A DNA stretch of 64,000 nucleotides from Promethearchaeota archaeon (GTDB lineage: Archaea > Asgardarchaeota > Lokiarchaeia > Sigyniarchaeales > SOKP01). Below, piece after piece: positions 40,384-50,216 of the stretch. Below the pieces are notes generated by a model. That model saw only the letters and a program-made list of their open reading frames with translations, had not been told where the DNA came from and made no database searches. The stretch covers positions 32,001-96,000 of the forward strand of contig JABXKD010000002.1 of the NCBI GenBank assembly GCA_013375475.1, read 5' to 3'. How positions within the stretch are numbered: position 1 is the first letter of the stretch; every line of letters starts with the position of its first letter. The position numbers were made by a program, and so were the translations under genes.

Positions 40384-41421
40384 ATGAATGAAAACATTGA
40401 ATACATAGATGCTAAATCAGATATACCCTTAATGGGGGTAGATTTTCTTGGTGTAATTGATAGAGGGACTAATGTTATAGAGCTTAAACCTCTTACGATG
40501 TGCAATTTGCGATGCAAGTATTGTTTTGTCAGTTCTGGTGATTATAACACTAATTTTGTCGTTAATTCATATCACTTAGTTGAAAAGGTTAAAGAAATTG
40601 TTAAAATAAAGGGAAATCATGACCTCGAAATTCATCTTGCGCCGTATGGTGAAATGCTCCTTTATAATGAATTACCTGAACTACTAAAAAGCCTTTCAGA
40701 AATCACAGGTGTGTCGACTGTATCTATGCAAAGCAATGGTTTGTTGCTTTCGAAAAATATTATTGAAAAATTAAAAAAGAACGATCTTACAAGAATTAAC
40801 ATCAGCCTAAATAGTTTAAAAGAGGAAACTGACTGTTATCTTTGTAATTGTACACATTACGATGTGAATAGGCTTTTAGGAAATATATATACTCTTTTGA
40901 ATAGCAACATTCAAGTTCTGATTGCACCAGTTTGGTTTCCAGGAGAAAATGAAAAGGACATTGAAGAAATAATAGAATTAGTCCTAAAATTAAGACGTGA
41001 GGGCTTTTCTAAACAGCAAATTCAAATTGGCATTCAAAAATATTTAATCTATAAGACGGGTAGAACATTAAAAAAAATAAAACCAAAATCGTGGGGTTAT
41101 TTTTATTTACAATTGTCAAGGTTAGAAAAAAGGTACGGAATCAAATTGAAACTTGGACCAAAAGATTTTGGCATTCATAAGAGACCTCAAGTTTCCACTT
41201 TCGGTCTTAAAAGAGGAGACCTGATCAAAATCAAAATCGTCTCAAGGGGAAGATGGATGAATGAGTGTATAGGAAAAATCAACGGTAGTCATGGAATTAA
41301 AGTTTTATTGAGAAAACCAATAATTTTTTCCGAAGAACTAATAGGAAAAGTTATAGTAGCAAAAATTATTAAAGCAAATTATCGAGATAATATACTTACT
41401 GCTCTATTTCCTTATAATTAG
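40384..41421 (+). CDS. Radical SAM protein with C-terminal beta domain
   Basis: GVIDRGTNVIE, CNLRCKYC, MQSNG, RINISL. Confidence 0.88.
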   Translation: MNENIEYIDAKSDIPLMGVDFLGVIDRGTNVIELKPLTMCNLRCKYCFVSSGDYNTNFVVNSYHLVEKVKEIVKIKGNHDLEIHLAPYGEMLLYNELPELLKSLSEITGVSTVSMQSNGLLLSKNIIEKLKKNDLTRINISLNSLKEETDCYLCNCTHYDVNRLLGNIYTLLNSNIQVLIAPVWFPGENEKDIEEIIELVLKLRREGFSKQQIQIGIQKYLIYKTGRTLKKIKPKSWGYFYLQLSRLEKRYGIKLKLGPKDFGIHKRPQVSTFGLKRGDLIKIKIVSRGRWMNECIGKINGSHGIKVLLRKPIIFSEELIGKVIVAKIIKANYRDNILTALFPYN

Positions 41422-41507
41422 CTAGCAATTAAAAAAACTAAATATTATAATAATGAATTTACATAAGAATTATATCCTTAATTAACATTAATCATTTGTA
41501 AGTTGGT

Positions 41508-42140
41508 TTGATTATTATGAGCCCTATAATTACGCATGAAGACGAACTAGAACTTGCCAGTATGGAGAAGGAACTAGTATCCCAAATAAAAAAATTAGCG
41601 AAAGCTCAGAGCACTCTAATTGATTCTCAAAAAAGTTATGCTGACAATTTAAGAAAAGCAAATTTAGCTCGAGATATGTTGAATAGAACTTTTAGAGATG
41701 TATTGAAACAAATGCAAACTCTAGTAAGAGAAAGAAGGTCTAATATTAAAGACGAGGAAGTAAAGTTTTTTCAAGACATAATCCACAAAAACGACGAATA
41801 CATAATTACAAATAACAAATATATCGATTCGATTAAAGATCTTGCTATTAAAAAAGATTATTTAGTAGTAAAGAAAAATGAATTTGCTTCAGCATTAAGT
41901 GATGTAGCAAGTAAGCGAAGTGTGGTCATTAAAAAAGCCTTATCTGTCGAAAAAAAGAAGAACGATTTAATTGAAGGAGAAAAAATTAAAATCTTAGAAT
42001 CCGAATTGAATGATCTTCAGAGAGATTTTGATCGCGCACGGGATGTATTACTAAAAAAAATTAGTCAATTTTTGCAAGTTAAAAACGAAGTAGATGATCT
42101 CTGGATTAATTTAAAAAACTCCGTTAATAAATCTAGCTAA
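41508..42140 (+). CDS. All-helical coiled-coil protein, possibly BAR-like
   Basis: About 205 aa of three long amphipathic helices with a Lys-rich turn. Confidence 0.65.
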   Translation: MIIMSPIITHEDELELASMEKELVSQIKKLAKAQSTLIDSQKSYADNLRKANLARDMLNRTFRDVLKQMQTLVRERRSNIKDEEVKFFQDIIHKNDEYIITNNKYIDSIKDLAIKKDYLVVKKNEFASALSDVASKRSVVIKKALSVEKKKNDLIEGEKIKILESELNDLQRDFDRARDVLLKKISQFLQVKNEVDDLWINLKNSVNKSS

Positions 42141-42275
42141 GAGTAATCTTTTTTTTTTAATTTTATTTTTTAATTCATTGTAATGTATGAGCTTAAATTT
42201 ATTAAATAGGTCAAATATATAATTATTAGAAAATTTTCTAGGATAAATCGTTTTAATTAAAATCGAGAGAGTAAA

Positions 42276-42716
42276 ATGGCAGAAGAATTCGCAAATTTCA
42301 TGCAAGAAACTAAAAAAGCTCCACTTGAAGAAAAATTAAACGCTTTTGGAGATATAGTTGAAAGGATGATGTCTGTAATCTTAAGGATACCCGATTTAGT
42401 AGATCAGTCATTAGCAGGCGTCGCACAAAGAATATCAACATTAGAATCACGAATTACTACTATGAATAATGAAGTTTCTGCACTAAGAACACGAGGGACG
42501 GGAGCGTCTCCCGTTATCGCAGCACCTTCAGCCCCTGCTAGCGCACCGCCTCCATCAGCAGGACCCCCTGGTGGACCCCCTGGTGGACCCCCTGGTGGAC
42601 CCCCGTCTCCGCCTGGAGGACCTGGAGGGCCACGTCCAGCAAGTCCAGTGAGTTTGAGAGGCGCTATAATGGGCGAATTAAAGCAGCTATTTTCAAAAAG
42701 AAATCAATCAGGATAA
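42276..42716 (+). CDS. Coiled-coil plus polyproline plus C-terminal amphipathic helix protein
   Basis: RISTLESRITTM coiled coil, (GPPG)n tract, SLRGAIMGELKQLFSKR. Confidence 0.8.
   Translation: MAEEFANFMQETKKAPLEEKLNAFGDIVERMMSVILRIPDLVDQSLAGVAQRISTLESRITTMNNEVSALRTRGTGASPVIAAPSAPASAPPPSAGPPGGPPGGPPGGPPSPPGGPGGPRPASPVSLRGAIMGELKQLFSKRNQSG
42561..42604 (+). repeat. 12-bp tandem repeat GGACCCCCTGGT, about 3.7 copies, encoding GPPG
   Basis: Three perfect copies plus 8 bp. Confidence 0.92.
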
Positions 42717-42892
42717 TAACCCTGAATTCTTTATTAGACTTAATGTAATTTACGCTATTAAATTGAAACTGCTTCGATTTATTACTAATTATTCAATTAA
42801 GTTTCCTAATTTCTGTTAAAAGAATTTTTGAAATCAATTAAGATTAAAATTAAAAGACGAATATATCATTATAAGAAATAATTTGTTTTAAC

Positions 42893-44641
42893 TTGGTATA
42901 TTCAGTGCAGCAATCATCAATTAAGGACTCAGCAGTCACTCACGTAAAAATTGCTCATGATTTTCAAAAACAAATATTAGAAATCCCCTCTCTCATTAGA
43001 GTCATAAATAACTACTATTATAATAAATCTGTTGTACAAGCGAAATTGAAACCTTTAAAGCTAAAAAGGTTTAAAGAAGGGATAACAACTATAGAAAATG
43101 ATAAGCAAAGGCTTAATATTCTTCCCACTGCTTTAAATGCATTAAGAGGAGACTTACTACATAAAAGAGATACTTTTCGATTTCCTGATAGCATGATATT
43201 ATTTGAAGCTTGGATGAATTTGGGAATTGATGCATTGTATCCTAGATTAGCATTACATTATAAATTTCCCGGACTCTTAAAAGGTGAAAAAACACGACAT
43301 GTTTTCCAATTCACATTTTCGACATCTCGAGGCTTTGGTTTCCCCATTTATTTTGGACCCGAATTTTATGGGTATTTCTTAACTATTGGTAAAATATTAG
43401 AATCATTATTTAAATGGAGCCATACAATCTGTCATAGAGCTAATCAAGCAATATTTTTAGTTGGTAAGAGATATGGGATTAAAAGGCACCATCCCGGAGA
43501 ATTTGAATCAGTGATTATTTCAGAATACGAAAATCATATGTTTAAAGGAACCGATACTCTTTTACACGGTTACTTTACTCAAGATCCAAAAAATCTCGGT
43601 ATCTACTCAAATTTAGATGAGACTCTTAAAAATATAATGTTTTCATATTCTATCGGAGATCATGCCATGAATATCGACAAAAAAATTCAGGAACCGTCAA
43701 TAAAAATCCCTCTAATGACTCACGATTACATAGTAAAGACCTACAATGTCAATTTTTATAAATATTTAAAGAACCTAATATCGATGAAAAACCTTTTAAT
43801 TAAGAAGATTCTACTATACAAAAAACTAAGAAAAGAATATATTAATAATCTGAAAAGAATTGAAAGAATAAAATTCAGAATTGATCAATCTAAAACTGTT
43901 TCTATTCCAAAATTGAAACTTTCTCAACGCTATTCCAAGATTCAAGAATATTCCCTTCACATTAAGCTTATGGAACAACTTATAGAGATGTTATGGACTT
44001 CACCGCTCTATTCTCATACTATTCATTATACCATAAATGAGGATCCTGATCTTAAAAAGACTACAGTAAACAGCTCTACAGCCAATTTTGATAATAAATC
44101 TATAAATTCAATATTTTTATCATATGTTACACATTTTGAGGAAAATAATAAATTTATTTTTAAAGAATTTGAAGTCTTAGATGAGTTGGAGAAAATTAGT
44201 GATACTATGGGAACGATGTGGCTATATTTTAAAGAAAAACATTTTAACTTTGCCTTAAATAAATTGAACGAGCTTTCAACATTATCGTTAGTAAATCAGG
44301 ATTATAATAAGATCGTAAACGATTATGTTAATAATCTTATCCCAATTTTCTCAATTTATGAGATTTTTAATAGATCTCTCTCAGAGTCTGTTTATCCAGA
44401 ATCCATTCCTCAAACCAAACGATTAGGAGCTTACATAGCAAGTTTTCTTACTTCGAGATTTAACCCTTTTGGTGTGAATTTAATGAACCTTTTCAATAAA
44501 TTAGCGTTTTACAACTGGAGCTACTTTATTGTAAAAAGAGACCTTAATCAAACTCGATTTTTCAATATTATCTTTAAACTTCCAATATGGAAGTATATCC
44601 CTAATAATATTACAAAAAAAATATTAGACTCTAAAAATTAA
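42893..44641 (+). CDS. Hypothetical protein, 582 aa
   Basis: Long ORF, no motif recognised. Confidence 0.7.
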   Translation: MVYSVQQSSIKDSAVTHVKIAHDFQKQILEIPSLIRVINNYYYNKSVVQAKLKPLKLKRFKEGITTIENDKQRLNILPTALNALRGDLLHKRDTFRFPDSMILFEAWMNLGIDALYPRLALHYKFPGLLKGEKTRHVFQFTFSTSRGFGFPIYFGPEFYGYFLTIGKILESLFKWSHTICHRANQAIFLVGKRYGIKRHHPGEFESVIISEYENHMFKGTDTLLHGYFTQDPKNLGIYSNLDETLKNIMFSYSIGDHAMNIDKKIQEPSIKIPLMTHDYIVKTYNVNFYKYLKNLISMKNLLIKKILLYKKLRKEYINNLKRIERIKFRIDQSKTVSIPKLKLSQRYSKIQEYSLHIKLMEQLIEMLWTSPLYSHTIHYTINEDPDLKKTTVNSSTANFDNKSINSIFLSYVTHFEENNKFIFKEFEVLDELEKISDTMGTMWLYFKEKHFNFALNKLNELSTLSLVNQDYNKIVNDYVNNLIPIFSIYEIFNRSLSESVYPESIPQTKRLGAYIASFLTSRFNPFGVNLMNLFNKLAFYNWSYFIVKRDLNQTRFFNIIFKLPIWKYIPNNITKKILDSKN

Positions 44642-44670
44642 AACATCTTAAAGACGAGGAAATGTCTATA

Positions 44671-45282
44671 TTAAAATTCAAGGAAGCCAGGGTCATCAAA
44701 GATATCTTCAATTTTCTTTTCTTTCTTCATATCGCTTTCGTCGTGTTCTGTAAATAAAGATTCATCGTCAGTTTTAATTCCCTTTTCCAATTCTAGAGAA
44801 TCTAATTGAAGTAATGCGTTTTTCTCTAGCCTTTTATATCCTTCGGCTTTCATTTTCCATTTATTTACTTCATCAATATTTACTTTATCTTCGTCTTCTA
44901 AGGCTTCAGCAGCTTTAGCTTTACAAATGTCAGTTAATATTGAATAAGATAAAGCTAATTCTCCCCATTCGTTCTTTTTTTTTAACTTTTCGACACGTTT
45001 TTCTAATCTTTGAAGTTCTTGATCAGCATAATGAATATCGATGAAATCTCCAAACGCATCAACAGGTTCTGATATCGAATTAACGAGTACTTCCTTTACT
45101 AAACCGCAATGACCGCATTTTACGGTAGCAATTGCGCTCTTTCTAATATTTTCCACTTTTACCGATTTTTCACCGCAATCCATATTGAATGGGATATCCA
45201 TTTAATTATTTGGGCAGGTGAAAATCTTAGGTACTCTCTTAACGCGTTTATAAGTTTGTTGTTTTCTTTTTCTTCTTCCCAT
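44671..45282 (-). CDS. elf1: Transcription elongation factor Elf1 with acidic C-terminal extension; two exons (45282-45208, 45177-44671), 193 aa spliced
   Basis: MGRRKRK...PKIFTCPN joined to CGEKSV...VKCGHCG...EPVDAFGDFID restores the Elf1 basic N-tail and C4 zinc ribbon. Confidence 0.85.
45178..45207 (-). other. Candidate 30-nt BHB-type intron in elf1 mRNA
   Basis: Contains in-frame TAA; bulges ATA and ATT, central CCAA/ATGG, intron hairpin ATTAAATGG/CCATTCAAT, exon helix TTTTCACC(T)GC/GCGGTGAAAA. Confidence 0.8.
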
Positions 45283-45626
45283 TATTCAAACACCATCAGC
45301 TAAATATAATTAACAAAGCATAACAAAAAAGTTTTGTCATATTTAAAAATAGATTAAAGTAACAGAAAAATTAAATGAGTTCTTTAAAACTCACTTCCAA
45401 AGTAAAAACTTTATTTTTATTAGATAAAATATATTTATTTAAAAGAAAAAGAACCCTAAGAATTTACAGAGAAATAAAACTATATTTTAAGAAAACAAAA
45501 AAATAAATTTTCGCTTTTCTAATTGTAGAATAGAGGAAACCGAAAGATTTTTTAGGAATGATTAATTAATTCAATTACTCTTTTTAGCTGAAATAAATGA
45601 TTGATTTATAATATTGTTAGTGGATT

Positions 45627-46733
45627 TTGGGTATGGAGCACACGAATTTGTCAATTGAACATGATAAAATCTTGATAGAGAAGGTTCTTGACGATATCGA
45701 TATGAGATATATCGTTTTATTTCTCTATATCATTAGAAACGATTTATTTAGGGATTTAAATAATACAGAACTAATTGAATCATACGAGAAAGTACTAATT
45801 TTAGATGAAATTTTTAAAGATAATATCCTAAACTTCTGGGATAATGAATTTATAGAAGTAGCTGTTGATTTAGGCTTATTTAAAAACATTCGAAGTATGA
45901 GAGAGTTTCAACAAAAAGAGGACGATTTCATAATTCGGTTAGGAGAAGAAACAGTAACTATAGAAAATGACACAATATCCGTACCAGATCATTCATTATT
46001 CTTAATGATAAATAAGAAATTTAAGTTTCTTACACGACGGAATTTTAACTCAGCTTTAATAAAATTGAAGGGAGTAAGGTGTCAAACAAGTAATATAATC
46101 CACCCGTTTGTCTCTGAAATAGGAGATAATGATTTCACAATTCCCGATGATATTTACTACATTTTAGATCAGTATGGTAATATTTATCAAGCAATTAAGA
46201 TAGAAATTACAATCGAAGGGATCTATCAAAGATTTTTGGAAATCCAAGAAAAAATTAATGAATTTATCGATATTTTCGAGCCTAAATTAAGAACAAAACC
46301 GGTTTTAAAGAAAGTACATGAAGCTATAAATGACAAAAAAGATATCATCAAATATTTGAAAGATGAAAAAATAGAACTCCCTGATAAATTTGCCTATAAT
46401 GAAAATGATATCGAAAATTTAACTTTTAAAGATTGGAATTCTAAATTGATTCTATTATTGAAATATACATTTGAAATACAGCAAATAGAGACTAAACTTT
46501 TAGAAATTAAGAAATATTATTCAGGAAAGAGTAAAAACTTTAATTATCTTGAATTTATTGAGAAAGTGTCTTTTAATGAAGATAATATCGTAAATTCTAT
46601 TCAAAGTGCTTTAATAAAACTTAGAGAAGAACTATTAGAAACTAATAATGAACTTGAACAACTAACGAAAAAAGATTTAAAATTATTAAATTTAGATTTT
46701 GAAAGATACTTAATAACGAGTCGTGATGATTAA
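45627..46733 (+). CDS. Hypothetical protein with C-terminal helical/coiled-coil region; first gene of an 8-gene cluster
   Basis: Long acidic ORF, 2 nt from the next gene. Confidence 0.7.
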   Translation: MGMEHTNLSIEHDKILIEKVLDDIDMRYIVLFLYIIRNDLFRDLNNTELIESYEKVLILDEIFKDNILNFWDNEFIEVAVDLGLFKNIRSMREFQQKEDDFIIRLGEETVTIENDTISVPDHSLFLMINKKFKFLTRRNFNSALIKLKGVRCQTSNIIHPFVSEIGDNDFTIPDDIYYILDQYGNIYQAIKIEITIEGIYQRFLEIQEKINEFIDIFEPKLRTKPVLKKVHEAINDKKDIIKYLKDEKIELPDKFAYNENDIENLTFKDWNSKLILLLKYTFEIQQIETKLLEIKKYYSGKSKNFNYLEFIEKVSFNEDNIVNSIQSALIKLREELLETNNELEQLTKKDLKLLNLDFERYLITSRDD

Positions 46734-46735
46734 TC

Positions 46736-47692
46736 ATGAAATGCACAGCATGTAGCATCGAAATGGAAGTTTTAGTTCCTGGAATTTACCAATGTCCTCA
46801 ATGTAAAAAAATACAAAAACAAAAAGATGACAAACGCGAGGAAGACGAAGAAAAGAAAGTTGAAAGTGGTCAATTTCTTGACGGAGAATACTTCCATAAG
46901 AACGCAAGTCTTAATAAAAAATATGAAATATCTGAAAAGGGAATAATCATCAGTAAATCTGAAACGCGTTTATTTGCTACCTTGATTTGCCATAGTGCTT
47001 ATTTAACAGATGAAAAATACGTAAGACTGTCATGGTGGAAAAGTTATCAACATGCTGGTATGTTTAAAATCTACGATAAAGAAGTTTTGAAAAATGTTAT
47101 TACAGCGTTAGAAAAAGTTAATGAAAGCTTCGACGATTTTTGGACGTGGAGTGGAAAGTACGGAAAACAGGAACCTAAGTCAAATGAGATCATAGAAAAA
47201 GAGAAACATTTAGACCTTCTCAAATACCGGATAATTGAAAACCGAACATGTCCAAAATGTCAAAAAAAAATGAAGAAAGAAAAATCTCATTACGAGTGCC
47301 AAAACTGTGGCGAGATAGTTATCCTCGAAGGTTACAATCAACCTATCTTCAACATATCGTCTGAAGAACTTGAATTAACTTTTCAAACTAACTTCCCTAT
47401 TAATTATTATATGCCAGTAAGCGGTATTACTGTGAAATGGCTAATGGGGGAATGGAAGGCATTAGCAGTTATTCATTCTAAAGATAACCCCAATAAAAAA
47501 TGGCTCAGGTTTTATTGGTGGATAAGAGATTTAAGTAATGTTTTAAAATATGGGCAAAGAGAGATAGGAGAAGGTACACAAATGGGCTGGAAAACACAAA
47601 GAGGAGTAGCTTCTCCAAATATTTATGACAGAAAGGTAATAATTCCTTTAATTAAAGCGCTACAGAAAATACAGGAAGATTTAAATTGGTAA
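46736..47692 (+). CDS. Protein of two repeats, each a zinc ribbon plus a Trp-rich beta domain
   Basis: CTAC...CPQC and CPKC...CQNC; KYVRLSWW versus KWLRFYWW. Confidence 0.75.
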   Translation: MKCTACSIEMEVLVPGIYQCPQCKKIQKQKDDKREEDEEKKVESGQFLDGEYFHKNASLNKKYEISEKGIIISKSETRLFATLICHSAYLTDEKYVRLSWWKSYQHAGMFKIYDKEVLKNVITALEKVNESFDDFWTWSGKYGKQEPKSNEIIEKEKHLDLLKYRIIENRTCPKCQKKMKKEKSHYECQNCGEIVILEGYNQPIFNISSEELELTFQTNFPINYYMPVSGITVKWLMGEWKALAVIHSKDNPNKKWLRFYWWIRDLSNVLKYGQREIGEGTQMGWKTQRGVASPNIYDRKVIIPLIKALQKIQEDLNW

Positions 47693-47717
47693 CAAATAAA
47701 AATAAACGGAATCTTTA

Positions 47718-48866
47718 GTGATGATAATGGAAATTGGTCAAGATAATACATGGAAAGAATTACTTCAAAACTTTGAAACAGGATTAGAAAAAGCCGTAGA
47801 AGAAGTAGAAAAAAGAGATGTAGAAACCATTCCAGGGGCAAAAGAAGCTTTAATTCAAAGATTAAAAAATATGAAGCTCCATTTTCCTAAGAATAACGGT
47901 GAAATATTTCTAAAATCTATTAACGATACAATTCAAAATACATTTTTTCCAAATACAAAGGATTTTACTGAAGCATTTAAAAAAATAATAAAATCTAGAA
48001 CCCATGAACAAGATTTCATTATAAATGAGTTATTAAATGGATTTGTGACATCAAAAGCGAAAGCTATTGCTTCAGGAACTCAAGGACCGATAATAGATAG
48101 GATGGTAGAAGCTTTTAGCAAAAGAAATGATTTTCATATTGTCGATTATCAGTTTTATGCAATGTTTGGAGATCCTAATAAACCTCGTCATTATATTAAA
48201 AACCAGCTTGAAGAGCTTGCTAAATTGTTTGGTTTGGTTTCCAGGGAACTCGTAGTTGAAAAAGATATTAGGAAAAGTGAAGAAAAAGTTTACACATTTT
48301 ATACCTTTCCGGAAAGCATTATTAAAATTCTTGAAGAAAAATATTTAATAATTGATGAAGAATTAGGTTATGCATATGTATCTGAAGCCTTTGATCGAAA
48401 TGTGTTCATTTGTATGTTTTTAGCTAACATCGCAATTAATAGAGATAATCTTGATAAAATTGGAGGATCCTTCACTCTCAATGGCATCTCAGCAATTTTT
48501 GCTTTGATTTTATTATTGAGTTTTTTACCTAAATTATCCGTTGATGAAACAAGCCCTATATTAAACGATCCTAGTTATGATCCAGATAACATGAGCGTGA
48601 TTCCAAAATCGTGGATGATGAGGCAAGTTTTAGAACCCCTCTTCGAACCCTTGATTAAAATTATCGCTTACAGGTTAGGAGGAGGTTTGTGGCTATCAAA
48701 AATAATAGATTCCGAAATCAATAAAAAAATTCACAACCAGATACGCTTTTTGATTAAAGATGTTAATAAGTGGGTGTTAGGGCAATTAGTTAGAGTTGAA
48801 ATTCCCATTTTCGTGGAAATTTCAAATATCTTTACAGAAATTTTAGTAGGATATGATGACAGTTAA
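47718..48866 (+). CDS. Hypothetical protein, 382 aa
   Basis: Long ORF in the operon. Confidence 0.7.
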   Translation: MMIMEIGQDNTWKELLQNFETGLEKAVEEVEKRDVETIPGAKEALIQRLKNMKLHFPKNNGEIFLKSINDTIQNTFFPNTKDFTEAFKKIIKSRTHEQDFIINELLNGFVTSKAKAIASGTQGPIIDRMVEAFSKRNDFHIVDYQFYAMFGDPNKPRHYIKNQLEELAKLFGLVSRELVVEKDIRKSEEKVYTFYTFPESIIKILEEKYLIIDEELGYAYVSEAFDRNVFICMFLANIAINRDNLDKIGGSFTLNGISAIFALILLLSFLPKLSVDETSPILNDPSYDPDNMSVIPKSWMMRQVLEPLFEPLIKIIAYRLGGGLWLSKIIDSEINKKIHNQIRFLIKDVNKWVLGQLVRVEIPIFVEISNIFTEILVGYDDS

Positions 48867-48871
48867 AATTA

Positions 48872-50200
48872 ATGATTAATTTGGTGAACCTTATGAGTTA
48901 TAAAAAAAAAGGCACAAGAAATGTGAAACCTGGTAGAAAGAGGGAAAAATGGACTGATATACTCCCTAGATATCTTACATTCTTAACTCATATGCGACCT
49001 ATCCTCAGAGAAACGAGGAGAGTAATAATTGGTCTAGATGCGGATCTTTTGCTAGACACTGAAATTCTAGATAAAATTCGAGAAGAAGAAGAAAAAAGGA
49101 ATGTAAGGAAGGTAAGAGCTTTAACAGAATTTTCAGCGATGTATAGATCAAATATATACGAAATCATAAAAGATTTTTTAGTAAAATATAGAGATCGGAT
49201 TCCAATCCTAGATATTAAAGATTATATTATTGAGTTCTTATACGAATCCGTAGGTGCACTTAATGTTTTACAACACATTACTAATCCAGACGAACAAAAC
49301 TTAGAAAACACATATTTGTATGTTTTAGTTAAATTTATTGAAGAAAAACTTCTCCCGCGAGGAAGAAATTTAAAGGTCATATATAAAAAATTACTAGAAG
49401 TATCGCCCGATTTTTACGATTGCCAACGGCATATCCTCCAACCCCATACATATTATCGAGAAAAATTAGAAGATTCAGATTCCTTTGAGATTCCCGGAAT
49501 CTCTCCAAAAGTTTATCAAGTATTTAATAATATAACTTCTCTTTTTAATCTTGACCCAAACTTTGGAAATTTCCCTGAAAAAGAAAATCAAGAACTTCCA
49601 ATGATTTTAAAGACAGAGATTTTTAACCCATACATTGATTCCGTTGCAAATGCAGAAGAAGAAGCAATAGACCAAATTTCTGAACGCATTGGACTCCGGA
49701 TATTGGACGAAATTTTTCTCGCTCCAAGTGAAAATTTAGTAGAAATCATGATAGAAAATAATTTCATACGTAGCAATACACAATCGGACGGAGTAATAAG
49801 ATTATTACCGCAATTGAGTAATGAAACATTGTATTTACATTACTTAGCATTCGCATCCCAAAGAAGAGGTTTTTTATCAAAAGAACTAATAAACTGGATT
49901 TCAATGAATTTCGCTTTTTTGATTTATATGGGGATTTTGAAGTGGAAATTATCAGATCAAAACATTTTTTATCCCATTTTTAAAGATTTACAAACAAATG
50001 AGAAAATATTACCCTTCTTAATGAAACTTATCTGCTTTCCTAACTACTTAGGGTTAGATAAGATGAAAATTAGGGATTCCCCGCAATATAGAAAGGAAAT
50101 TTTTAACTTTATAGGTTCTCAAATTGATAATCTTAAAGAATTTATTAATGAAATAGCTATATATTGTGAAAAATTTGATAAAGAAAGAAAAAATAAATAA
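48872..50200 (+). CDS. Hypothetical helical protein, 442 aa
   Basis: Long ORF in the operon, basic N-terminus. Confidence 0.7.
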   Translation: MINLVNLMSYKKKGTRNVKPGRKREKWTDILPRYLTFLTHMRPILRETRRVIIGLDADLLLDTEILDKIREEEEKRNVRKVRALTEFSAMYRSNIYEIIKDFLVKYRDRIPILDIKDYIIEFLYESVGALNVLQHITNPDEQNLENTYLYVLVKFIEEKLLPRGRNLKVIYKKLLEVSPDFYDCQRHILQPHTYYREKLEDSDSFEIPGISPKVYQVFNNITSLFNLDPNFGNFPEKENQELPMILKTEIFNPYIDSVANAEEEAIDQISERIGLRILDEIFLAPSENLVEIMIENNFIRSNTQSDGVIRLLPQLSNETLYLHYLAFASQRRGFLSKELINWISMNFAFLIYMGILKWKLSDQNIFYPIFKDLQTNEKILPFLMKLICFPNYLGLDKMKIRDSPQYRKEIFNFIGSQIDNLKEFINEIAIYCEKFDKERKNK

Positions 50201-50216
50201 ATTACAATAAAATGAG

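Noticed and set aside
42561-42604. CRISPR-like or mobile repeat
   Set aside because: Contiguous 12-bp units without spacers, in frame in a Pro/Gly tract; no cas genes or arrays were seen in the window.
44671-45201. ORF-track protein starting MDIPFNMDC as the complete gene
   Set aside because: It lacks the first Zn ligand and the basic Elf1 N-tail, which are encoded in frame upstream; its ATG lies inside the proposed intron.
45202-45204. Selenocysteine or pyrrolysine readthrough in elf1
   Set aside because: The stop is TAA, and readthrough would leave 10 extra residues inside the CxxC knuckle.
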